This document shows, piece by piece, positions 22,542 through 33,103 of a DNA stretch of 33,103 bases. Source of the stretch: Octopus sinensis (Eukaryota). The translations under genes and the position numbers were made by a program. Where the stretch lies: the NCBI RefSeq assembly GCF_006345805.1, contig NW_021832104.1:1-33103 (forward strand). Direction: 5' to 3'. The notes beneath the pieces are model-generated. The model made no database searches and was not told the DNA's origin. It worked only from the letters and a program-made list of their open reading frames with translations. The first letter of the stretch is position 1; the number at the start of each line of letters is the position of its first letter.

Positions 22542-22594
22542 CTAACTTAATCCGCACTGGGTGGGTTGCAGAGATTCTCAGAAGAATAGAAAAG
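22542..22594 (+). CDS. Putative exon D (A-NLIRTGWVAEILRRIEK)
   Basis: Acceptor TGACATTTACAG|C, strong donor AAG|GTAAGA, only one open frame, phase-compatible with exon C. Confidence 0.4.
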
Positions 22595-22689
22595 GTAAGA
22601 TTCTCTTGTTGTTTTTCTATTGATTCTGTTTTCGTCTCCAAAAGCTCTGCACGGTATTTACTCAGCAGTCCAACGGCGGTTTTTCTCTC

Positions 22690-22704
22690 TCTTAATTTCT
22701 CTGC

Positions 22705-22738
<34 letters not shown>

Positions 22739-22923
22739 TCTCAATCTCTATCACTTTCTCTCTTTATCTCTCTCTCTCTCTCTCTCCATCTCTCTCACAT
22801 ATACACTCAGTCTTTCTTCTATTATGAACTCAAAAAGGTGAAGTTTAGAATTCTTGTATACAATGAACTTATATGACGTTATTAAAACAAGCGTCTAGTG
22901 TGTGTGTGTGTGTGTCTGTCTCA

Positions 22924-22967
<44 letters not shown>

Positions 22968-23115
22968 AACTCTCCTCTTTCTCAATCTCTATAGATATGC
23001 ATGTGTGTGTGTGAGTGTACATATATACGTGTGAGTGTGTATACTTAAGCAGGTATATGTATACACACACAATCACACACAAACACACACACACTGATAT
23101 ACACACACGCATATA
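22690..23115. repeat. (CT)/(TG)/(CA) microsatellite cluster
   Basis: Direct reading. Confidence 0.85.
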
Positions 23116-23649
23116 CAACGTGTATTTACCAAAAGGGTGGGGTAGAATGAGTAATATTTACTGTATTTTTAAATTTCAGAAATAAAAATAAAATTCTTTA
23201 GCAAATGTTTACTACCTTGCATAAACTACATCAACTAAGCAAATGCCCTTCTCTAAATACATTAAGAACACTGTAACTTATTCATAATTCTATTTGAGAA
23301 AATATCACCGTCCTGTTAGAGTGCATGAAAAGACAAATTGTGATGGGGCAAAATGAGTCAGACAAAATTAGGTAAATTTGTCTCTTCAATTTTCCAAGAA
23401 TTAAATTTAATAAAAGACACATACACATCATCAGAAAAATCAGAAGTGCAACAAACATTTAAAGCATCTAGGTCAACTGAAAGGGTATCATGAGAAATTG
23501 ACATATGATATGAATTTAATAAAACATGACAAAGTCGAAAAACTCAATATGAAACATTTTCAGTGGCTTCTTCACGATTAGCTGAAGTGGATCTCTCGCC
23601 GACACATAAATACGGGCGGGCGCGGGCGTGTGTGTGTATGTGTATGTGC

Positions 23650-23695
<46 letters not shown>

Positions 23696-24384
23696 AATGT
23701 GTGTGTTTATAACTTTAGGTTAGTTAAAATCTGTTTGTGACATATTTGAACTATTAAAGACAAATTCACTGCAGTTACCGTGGAGTAAAAGAAAAAAAAT
23801 CCCCTCTTCTTGTAAGATTTGTAAAAACACCATATCTGCCCAGGGCTGTCCTCTGTCTGACTCCCCGACACAGCGTTTCTGGCCCTTGAACTTCCCTTAA
23901 TGGGAAATACCAAAGGGACGTAACTCTGAGCAGGTTTTAAGCCGTAAAGTAAAAGTCAGTCAATAGCTTTGACTGAGTTGCGTCATTATACCGCCCGATC
24001 AGAATAAATTAAGACAATTCAGGCGCCAAACGGTGATTAGGCATAAGGGAACTTTAGCTTGAGTTGCAGTCTGTTTGCGAGCAGCGAATTGGCCTTTGGA
24101 AGTTGAAATATGTCACAAACAGCTGATTACACGAATTGGTTTCGCAAACGAGTTAGATGGTAACCCAAGGCGGTGCTCGTCAGAGGGATTAGTATGGAAA
24201 GTATGGCGACGGTTCGGATTATCACCTTTGGATTATCACCTTTTGCGAAATCGATTGGCAAAATCGGCTGAAATAGATCTATATTAGTGTGTAGTATAAA
24301 TATAAATATTAGCAACTACCCACTCTATTGGTAAATATATGAACGGCTGGTTATTCTGAGATATTAGTTCCTAGACGACTATAT

Positions 24385-24419
24385 ATGTGTAGATAGATGG
24401 ATAGATAGATAGATGGATG

Positions 24420-24513
<94 letters not shown>

Positions 24514-24593
24514 CAGACAGATACACAGACAGATAGACAGACAGATACACAGACAGATAGACAGACAGATAGACAGATGACAGACAGACAGAC

Positions 24594-24653
<60 letters not shown>

Positions 24654-24720
24654 GGATGGATGGATGGATGGATGGATAGACAGACAGGCAGACACATAGA
24701 TAGTAAGTATATAGATAGAT
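24385..24720. repeat. (GATA)/(GACA)/(GATG) microsatellite
   Basis: Direct reading. Confidence 0.95.
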
Positions 24721-26206
24721 ATATACATAATTGTACATGCGGTGAATAAGTGGATGTCGAGAAAAAGAACAGATGCCAATGAGAAGGCGGTTTGAGGAGA
24801 TGTCACAAATCGATGGTGATGACAAAGAGGCGGAGGGGGTGGAAGGGTCAGAAGGGAAAGAAGAAGAAAATAATAAAGAAGCGAGGAGGAGTGAGAGAAA
24901 GAATGAAGAACAACCGAAATATTCAAGTAACCTTTCAGTGAATGTTCCTGTACGACTGCATTGTTGCACACCATTGCACTATCGAACACTAATGCAGTGA
25001 TGTGTTATAGAGACCACAGCGCAGTATTGTTGTCTTTCATTATTGCCTTACTGAATAGAGACGCAATAACTGCCATACAGTTACAGTGGTGCTGCATTTG
25101 GTTATAAACGCTTCTAGTTTATACCAGAGCGCAGTATTGGTGTATATCTTTGCAATATTGCATAGCGACGCAGTAATAGGTAATATAGTAATAGTGATGT
25201 TGAGACGGTAATGAAGTAACACTGATTTAGTATATTGTTATAGATACTTCTGGTTTATACCAAAGTGCTGTATTGCTGTTATATCGTTTATTGCATTATT
25301 GGATATGCTTTGACATCCATTTGGAGGGAGGTCTTAGTTGTCCATCTCAGTGTAACAGTGTTGTCTGTGCACGAACAGTCTGATGTACGAGCTTGCGAGG
25401 CCGGACATCATGGAGCTAACATTCCACCCTCTCAGTTCCAGAGTTGGTGTCCCTGTGTGTCGACGCAGGAACGTCCTCTCCGGTGAGTTGTCCGGTTCTA
25501 CCTCTCCCGTATAGGGTGACTGATAGATCCAAGCCTGGTCAGAAGGTATGGAATACAGGTTATTGCACATGCAGCATGCCCCTACCACCGTTTCCAACCA
25601 CCACCACCAATACGTCACACATGGATCCAAAAAAAGAGCACGGGTGTTACAATTTGGAATTGGTCATGTCGCAAGCGTTAACAGAACGAAGTTGCAGACA
25701 ACGTCAAACTAACTCAGGGGCTCCGACTCATTTTTCTTCGCACTTTACCCCCGATGCCTTCCTCGTGGTCAAATATGGTCATAAGAGAGCAGAGTTTTAA
25801 AACAGGATTTTCCTTAGATTTGTTGCACCCCAGGAGAACGAACTCCATCTGACTGACTAACTTGCTAATTAGCACATAGCTGGAACTCCGACAGAGTAAA
25901 CTTCGGAAAAATGAGTAGCCCTGAAGTGGTCCCACACTCCTCAAAACTTTGGACCAACCGAATGAGGCGTGAGGAACTATTGAACAGTGTTGCAGTAATA
26001 CGTTAAAAACATTGCTTGATTTTTCCATAATGCGGAATCGTGCTGTATCATTTACACATTTCAACAATAACGCAGTAACGTGCTATCAACACAACTGTCA
26101 TGCACCGCACTGCAGTGTCTTTGTATATTTCTGCTCTATCGATTTCTAACTTAATCAAATGGATTGAAAAATTGGCGGGAGAGGAACACTGAATCAGATT
26201 AATATC

Positions 26207-26439
26207 TGTTTCTTTATTATCCACAAGGGACTAAACATAAAGGAGACAAAGAAGGACAGACAAACGGATTAAGTCGATTACGTCGACCCCAGTGCGAAAC
26301 TGGTACTTAATTAATCGACCCCGAAACGATGAAAGGCAAAGTCGACCTCGGCGAAATTTGAACTCAGACCGTAACGGCAGACGAAATACGGCTACGCATT
26401 TCGCCCGGCGTGCTAACGATTCTGCCAGCTCGCCGCCTT
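26207..26439 (-). mobile_element. SINE family A, full length
   Basis: Complete tail-to-head match ending CTGCCAGCTCGCCGCCTT. Confidence 0.93.
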
Positions 26440-26524
26440 GAATCATATTAATATCAGATCGTCTCTTGGACGACGAACCCAGCAGAATTATTTGCACGCC
26501 GGGAAAAATGCCAAGATTCATTTC

Positions 26525-26683
26525 GTTTGTATTTACGTTCTGAGTTCAAATTCCGCCAAACTCGATTTTGCCTTTCATCCATTCAGGGATCGATAATCTA
26601 AGTACCAACTGAGTACTGAGATCGATATAATTGACTTATCCTCTTCCATGAAATTGCTGATCTTGTGCCAAAATTTGAAATCA
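26525..26683 (+). mobile_element. SINE family A, 5'-truncated
   Basis: ACGTTCTGAGTTCAAATTCCGCC...GCCTTTCATCC..GATCGATAATCTAAGTACC. Confidence 0.8.
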
Positions 26684-26690
26684 GTGTCAG

Positions 26691-26845
26691 TACTTCACTG
26701 ATAGTTTTATTTATTGACTCCAGAATGATGGAAGATGAAAAATAACCTCGGCCTTATTTGAACTCAGAACGTACAGAGCTGTAACTAATCGCCGCAATGC
26801 ATATTTCTCAACCGCCCCGCTCTAACAACTCTGCCAACTCACCTC
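26691..26845 (-). mobile_element. Degenerate SINE family A
   Basis: TTATTGACTCCAGAATGATG...TTTGAACTCAGAACGTA...CTCTGCCAACTCACC. Confidence 0.65.
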
Positions 26846-27029
26846 TAAGAACACTACCAGCAGCGGACAACATTGAAATATTAGACACAGCGATTGTAAT
26901 AACTCTCGTACAATTAATCGTTAATGTAATAAGGTATTATTGCAGTTATTCACCGTCACATTAATATACTTGGACGAAACAGTTGTTACTTCCCACTCAC
27001 ACATATTTAGCCATGAGCTGACAGCAACG

Positions 27030-27080
27030 GAGGGTCTCCGCAGTCGAACAGTCTGCAAGAAATAGCAGCTAAATCTTTCC
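27030..27080 (+). repeat. Short dispersed repeat core CTGCAAGAAATAGCAGC
   Basis: Inverted copies at ~12660-12705 and ~28845-28882; probably fragments of one unclassified repeat. Confidence 0.55.
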
Positions 27081-27109
27081 TATCTAACATTCTTTGGCTT
27101 AAACGAGGA

Positions 27110-27634
27110 CATCGACCTCAGTGCGTAACTGGTACTAATTTTATTGACCCAGAAAGGATAAAAGGCAAAGGCGATCTCGGTGGAATTTGAACTCAGAACG
27201 TAGCGGCAGACGAAATACCTATTTCTTTACTACCCACAAGGGGCTAAACACAGGGAGGACAAACAAGGACAGACAAAGGGATTAAGTCGATTACATCGAC
27301 CCCAGTGCGAAACTGGTACTTTATTTATCGACCCCGAAAGGATGAAAGGCAAAGTCGACCTTGGCGGGATTTGTACTCAGAACGTAATAGTAGACGAAAT
27401 ACCTATTTCTTTACTACCCACAAGGGGCTAAACACAGAGAGGACAAACAAGGACAGACAAACGGATTAAGTCGATTATATCGACCCCGGTGCGTAACTGG
27501 TACTTATTTAATCGACCCCGAAAGGATGAAAGGCAAAGTCGACCTCGGCGGAATTTGAACTCAGAACGTGACGGCAGACGAAATACCGCTAAGCATTTCG
27601 CCCGGCGTGCTAACGTTTCTGCCAGCTCACCATT
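27110..27634 (-). mobile_element. SINE family A trimer: one headed unit (27403-27634) plus two head-less units, 184-bp period
   Basis: Identical junctions GAAATA-CC-TATTTC at 27212-27225 and 27396-27409. Confidence 0.93.
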
Positions 27635-27647
27635 AAACAATAATAAT

Positions 27648-27861
27648 CCTTTCTATTATAGACACAAGGCCTGAAATATGGGAGAGAGGTTATAGTCGAT
27701 TACATCGACGCCAGTGTTTCACTGGTACTTAATTTATCGATCCCGAGAGCATGAAAGGCAAAGTCGACCTCGGCGGAATTTGAACACAGAGCGTAACGAC
27801 GGGCGAAATACTGCAGAGAATTTCGTGCAGCGTGCTAACCATTCGGCCAGCTCGCCGCCTT
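27648..27861 (-). mobile_element. SINE family A, full length, short-tail variant
   Basis: Tail CCTTTCTATTATAGACACAAGG as at 8849-8870; head ends GCCAGCTCGCCGCCTT. Confidence 0.9.
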
Positions 27862-28146
27862 TGCCAGCTCAATAATGATAATAATAAAATTTTAATGGCA
27901 TGACAACGAAGAAACCTGTAGATGTCGCTTGACACTTTCATAAATAACTGTCCAAACTCACACCCCAGATTCGTCATAAAAATTAAATCATCTTGGACGG
28001 AACCCATGGGACTCATATGACTGCTGAAACAGACATTGCTAAGACTAAGCTGCAACAATAATTACAAAACAATCATCAATAGCTACAACAACTTTTTCAT
28101 AACTAAACAATGTCTGTTTTAACATCACTACATTACAAGACTTAAC

Positions 28147-28533
28147 AGGAGGCGCAATGGCCCAGTGGTTAGGGCAGCGGACTCGCGGTCATAGGATCGC
28201 GGTTTCGATTCCTAGACCGGGCGTTGTGAGTGTTTATTGAGCGAAAACACCTAAAGCTCCACGAGGCTCCGGCAGGGGATGGTGGTGAACCCTGCTGTAC
28301 TCTTTCACCACAACTTTCTCTCAACCTTTCTTCCTGATTCTGTTGTACCTGTATTTCAAAGGGCCGGCCTTGTCACTCTCTGTGTCACGCTGAATATCCC
28401 CGAGAACTACGTTAAGGGTACACGTGTCTGTGGAGTGCTCAGCCACTTACACGTTAATTTCACGAGCAGGCTGTTCCGTTGATTCGGATCAACCGGAACC
28501 CTCGTCGTCGTAACCGACGGAGTGCTTCCATCC
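28147..28533 (+). mobile_element. SINE family C, full length, with 12-bp target-site duplication
   Basis: tRNA-like head GGCGCAATGGCCCAGTGGTTAGG..GGTTTCGATTCC; TSD ACAAGACTTAAC at 28135-28146 and 28534-28545. Confidence 0.95.
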
Positions 28534-29319
28534 ACAAGACTTAACTGTAGTAAATATGCATTCAAATGAGAGGACAGCTACTCTATCGACATACGACGTA
28601 TTTCAGAGGTCACTTTCAAAATACAAAACATATATAGAGCTATGTAAAACAATATAGTGGTGATGGCTTCACGGAGCCATATTATTTCATATTGATAGAG
28701 CAGATTCATTCGGTACAGCTGTTGCCTCTGTCGTTGTTTAACATAGGTGAGCTCTGATGAAAGTAGACTATAATATTCATGAGGACTCGGAGGGAAGCAG
28801 AAACAGTGTTTGACTTCCTATATATTTTATTAAGCAATAGTGTGTGACTGGGGGACATTTGGCTGCTATTTCTTGCAGTTGGAACGGTCATACACAGGCC
28901 ACTTTGCTGGTTAGGTTGGATTTTAACACAATATTTGCTATTGTTGTTATCTCGTTTTGTCTTTTTTCTTTTTTTTTTTTTTGCAGTTTAGTCCCATATC
29001 ATTCGTTATCGAACATCTCTAGGATTAAAGAAGCGCCAGTTTGCAATCCCCTATCTTGCATAGAGATTCACTTACTGGCTTGTCTACACTTATAATTCCT
29101 TTACTCTTTTATCCTTGTTTTCTTTTCCTGATTTCACTCAAAATGGCCTGTGGTTTTATTCGATTTTATCGCCACCAGTACTCATTTGAGTAAGGTTCTT
29201 ATTTTATCGATCTTTACTCGCCAAACTGTTCGGTTACGGTACACAAAAGAATATAACAAGGGAACTATATTATTAAACCGGTTTAACCGTAACCAGACAC
29301 AAACGTACAAGTTTACATA

Positions 29320-29389
29320 CACACATATACGCATGCATGCATATATTTATATATATACATTTACATATATATGTTGATGCATATATAAC

Positions 29390-29470
<81 letters not shown>

Positions 29471-29520
29471 ACATATACATACATATATATATATATTCAT
29501 TTTGAGGTACGTGTGTGTGT
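29320..29520. repeat. (TA)/(CA) microsatellite
   Basis: Direct reading. Confidence 0.9.
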
Positions 29521-30454
29521 GTAAAAAATTTCAGATTTTACGTGTACAAAACTCCACCCTCAAAGTTCTAGTCAACCTGTGGAATCGAACATAAACCACT
29601 TGGTTATAAAACGAACTTATTTAACCACAAGGAAAACTCCGGTTATATTTGGACCTATACGTGAAAGAACGTAACTGAGTATCGTTATAACATATTACTT
29701 TCGCTATTCACAGGTCGTTAGCAGTAATTCGAGCGAAGGGTTCCAATGTTCATTATACATAAGCCTTACAGAAATATATATCACATTCCTTGAAAGAGTT
29801 GACTTTAAGGAAAAACTGACACAATCTGCGTACGTCATCAGTGTTGTGTAGCAACCGACGTTGCAGAAGGAGTGGAAGAAATGGTTTACTTCAAGTTAAC
29901 AATGTTTTCTATACAACTCAAAACCTTATTCCATTCGATTTTTATTCATTCTTGCCGATTGTTCTTCAAAAGCAGGAATCTGACATGGAGGTAAATAATA
30001 CGTGAAAATTCATGGCAAAGGCTGGAGAAATTTCACTAGCGAATCACTTAGCAAATTCTGAAGCTCTCGGACCAATTCAATGCCATTCATCGCTTCAAAA
30101 TGCTGCTCGGAAACTATAGAAGATGGAGAAGTCACGTAAGTGACAATGCCCAAGCTGAAAGTTCATATGTAGCTAAATAGACTGTGTACGATGCAAAGCA
30201 GAATCAGAAGTAAATGCTAATCGATAAACAAAATCGTTGTAAGTTGCAGAGAGAGATTTTTGTGAAGTAAACCACCACTACCACCACCATTACCACAATC
30301 ACCACCACCATCACCACACTTGCTGCATGAATGGCTTGCTTGAAATTCGAACATTTCAAAGCTACAGGTGAAATAGTAACAATATACAAGCTAGCTTTGC
30401 AGGTCGTTTATTGAAATACCTACTCCAACCGTAGAACAGATTTAGAATGTAAAA

Positions 30455-30570
<116 letters not shown>

Positions 30571-30915
30571 ATCATTAAAAATAGGCAGAGAAAATGGTTT
30601 GAACTGGTAGTTCTTGGAAACGGGCGCTGATATTGCATAGAAGTAAAGCATAAGAAGTGATTATAGAGCAATGACAAGAAGTAATCAAGTTCTACCTAAG
30701 AGGAAAAGTCTATTGAAAATTGGTGAGAGGGGTGTAGTTCAAATATATTAACTCTGGGATGGATATGAATGATATTAGAGATAATATAAGAAACATTGCC
30801 CACGAGCGACAAAACCCCGTGTGGGGTTGGTGTCGAATAAAGAGAGGGGGAGGTTGGTGTCAGATGAAGAGAGGAGGTGAGTTGAACCCATGTGGCGCAA
30901 AGGTACGAAAAGAGA

Positions 30916-31494
30916 TTAATCCTGTTCACAGCGAAAGCGGGAGTTCGAGTGGATCCTGCGCAAGACAGTCTGAACACAGATAAATGTTGTAGCGAATGAC
31001 CGGTAGAGCAGAAATGGCGCGAGACGAGGTGTCATTGCCGAGTCTGATGTCTCGGAGGTGCTCCGCGAATCGGTGATCGAAGCGGCGTCCCGTTTGACCA
31101 ATGTACAGAGAAGGACAGAGAGAACAGTGGATGCAGTAATTAATGTTACTAGAGGTGCAAGTAAAAGTGTAGGTGACGTGATAGGGATGGTGATGGGTTT
31201 CTGTAAGGATGGTGGTGTTGGAGAGGTAGGGGCAGGTGCGAAAACGTGGCCGGGAGAAGGGGAAGGAGCCAGGCTGTGAGACGGTGGTAGGTAAGAAACT
31301 GTGGACCAGGAGGAAAAGGGTAGGTTAGAGAAAATGTGTGAGGTGGAGGGATCAGTCTGGAATCGCCCACCCTTACCTGTCTCCCATTCTCCTAACCTAT
31401 CAGCCATGCACACTACCCGATCAATTTCGGAGTCAATCGGTCTCGGATTCAATCCTGAAGCGTCGTATTTTCGGCGAGTGTCATTTTCTATAAC
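30916..31494 (-). CDS. Putative coding exon or ORF of unknown product; contains a well-bounded 118-nt exon (31377-31494, VIENDTRRKYDASGLNPRPIDSEIDRVVCMADRLGEWET)
   Basis: Part of a 232-codon non-microsatellite ORF (30916-31614). Strong acceptor TTCCCCCCCTTGTTCCAG|G and donor CAG|GTAAGG, with a single open frame between them. Confidence 0.45.
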   Translation of the reverse strand, partial: VIENDTRRKYDASGLNPRPIDSEIDRVVCMADRLGEWETGKGGRFQTDPSTSHIFSNLPFSSWSTVSYLPPSHSLAPSPSPGHVFAPAPTSPTPPSLQKPITIPITSPTLLLAPLVTLITASTVLSVLLCTLVKRDAASITDSRSTSETSDSAMTPRLAPFLLYRSFATTFICVQTVLRRIHSNSRFRCEQD

Positions 31495-31625
31495 CTGGAA
31501 CAAGGGGGGGAACTCTTGCCTTGTGAACGAAACTGAATACACGAAAACTTTATAGAAGCCTGTCGAACAGATTGAATCTGCATGCCAAAGACCAAACATT
31601 GACACCAACTCCAATTGCGTATTAC

Positions 31626-31720
31626 GTTAAGAGTACATGTGTTTACGGAATACTCAGCCACTTATACGTTAACTCATTTAGTGTGGTAGTTCATCTGGTC
31701 GAACAACTGACAACTCATGG
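31626..31720 (+). mobile_element. Degenerate SINE family C tail fragment
   Basis: GTTAAGAGTACATGTGTTTACGGAATACTCAGCCACTTATACGTTAA matches ~28411-28457. Confidence 0.7.
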
Positions 31721-31756
31721 TCAGAAATTCTCACCGAGACCCCTTCTACTTCATGC

Positions 31757-31759
<3 letters not shown>

Positions 31760-31805
<46 letters not shown>

Positions 31806-32040
31806 AGTTTGTGTGGGTGCGCGCACGGTGTATGCGCGCGTATATGTGTGTATGCCTGCGTATGTGCGCGTCTGTCTGTGTGTTCGTCTCTCTTTCCGTC
31901 TGTGTGAGTGTGCGACTCTGTACGTGTGTGTGTGTATGATTGCGTGCGTGTACACATAGATTTGTTTTTGTGTGTAACTGTGCATATATACACCTACTTA
32001 TATGCGCACATGATTGTGTATGTGTTTGTATCTGTAGGAG
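31760..32040. repeat. (TG)/(TGCG) compound microsatellite
   Basis: Direct reading. Confidence 0.85.
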
Positions 32041-32339
32041 TGGGTGGTATGTACATGCACTCGTGTACATGTGCTTAGTTACACGCTCATCATTTAACAA
32101 GCACTCATCTACCCGCTATAGTTTGTACTCGTGCCAACAGTGATATCGAAATTATTAATTTTAGATGGAATACCATTAGGTACTGGCTACATGTTTACAA
32201 CATTCACAGCAATGTAAATACAAAGTGAATGAGATATCGCTTTATAATGTAAGGCTTTTAACAGCGACAATATACAAACACACTACGAGTCCTCCGACGC
32301 CCCCATACGTTCAAATATATCAAATATATGTGCGTGTAG

Positions 32340-32525
32340 GTGTGTACGTAGAGATAGATAGATAGATGAATGGATATAGAGAGAAAGAGAGAGTGAGAAA
32401 GAGGGCGTGTGTGTGTCAGACAGAGAGACAGTTTGACAGACGGACGGACGGACAGACCGACAGACATACAGACAGACGGACAGACGGACAGACAGATAGA
32501 GAGACAGACAGATAGACAGACAGAC

Positions 32526-32611
<86 letters not shown>

Positions 32612-32880
32612 ATAGATAAAGCCACAGAGAGAGTAAGAGAGAAAGATAGGCAGACAGACAGACAAACAGACAGATAGATACATACATACATACATACATA
32701 CATGCATGCATGCATACATACATACATACATACATACATACATACTTACATACATACATACATACATACATAAATAGATAGATAGATAGATACTGAAATG
32801 TGTACCCACATATGATATACTCATATATATCGACAGAGAGAGAGAGAAAGAAAGAGAAGCAAAAGTGAGACAGAGAAAAA
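32340..32880. repeat. (GA)/(GACA)/(GATA)/(CATA) compound microsatellite
   Basis: Direct reading. Confidence 0.9.
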
Positions 32881-33103
32881 GGAGAAAACTATGCAAGACA
32901 TATATGTACATGAGTATATATAGATATATATGCAAATATATGCAAATATGTACACGCGTATATTCAAAAACATAAATGTGTGCATGTGCGTTTGTGTCTG
33001 TGTAAATTCTCCATAGTTTATTTCGCTATATGTAATCACTATGTTAATCTGAGAGAAAAATCCTTATATATTCCATTCATGTTAAAGTCTTCGCGTGCAG
33101 AAC

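Noticed and set aside
22496-22700. Minus-strand open frame TAVGLLSKYRAELLETKTESIEKQQENLTF...
   Set aside because: It is explained by purine bias opposite a pyrimidine-rich tract; the upstream sequence is (GA)n with no acceptor
27110-27634. Regularly spaced repeats resembling a CRISPR array (also the 38-mer at 251/345)
   Set aside because: The whole 184-bp unit is repeated, with no unique spacers and no cas genes; the context is eukaryotic
28147-28225. tRNA-like sequences with A and B boxes (also 15702-15770, 14570-14640, 2975-3065)
   Set aside because: They run on into SINE bodies with tails and TSDs and lack a proper acceptor stem or cloverleaf, so they are SINE heads and not tRNA genes
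28754-28805. CTGATGA followed later by GAAAC as a canonical hammerhead
   Set aside because: No helix II or helix I pairing could be formed
28578-28817. ~78-codon minus-strand open frame (…KQRQRQQLYRMNLLYQYEIIWLREAITT…)
   Set aside because: There is no convincing donor or recognisable domain, and a few frames this long are expected by chance in a window this size
30040-30100. MNGIELVREL resembling a response-regulator receiver motif (possible bacterial gene)
   Set aside because: The preceding phospho-acceptor D..MP is absent, the frame is short, and nothing else looks bacterial
31058-31555. Two plus-strand ORFs (73 and 84 aa)
   Set aside because: They are in-register antisense shadows of the longer uninterrupted minus-strand ORF and are broken by stops

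Overview
Eukaryotic, AT-rich, repeat-dominated DNA. The repeat families look like those of an octopus (coleoid cephalopod); this is from pattern recognition, not a database search. By manual tally roughly one sixth of the window is microsatellite, and most long ORFs in the supplied track are microsatellite artefacts. Supported content: (1) about 20 full or partial copies of several tRNA-head SINE families (labelled A-D here), two with clear target-site duplications; (2) a 1488-bp decayed Tc1-type transposon with ~230-bp IR/DR terminal repeats, sitting in a (TA)n tract; (3) a mariner relic; (4) two copies of a Penelope-type terminal fragment, one of which folds as a minimal hammerhead-like motif with an atypical core; (5) head-less tandem SINE-A multimers that share one exact fold-back junction; (6) a heat-shock-element-like array; (7) several candidate small exons, namely a phase-compatible plus-strand chain and a 232-codon minus-strand ORF, none assignable to a known protein. 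No CRISPR array, rRNA or genuine tRNA gene is supported.
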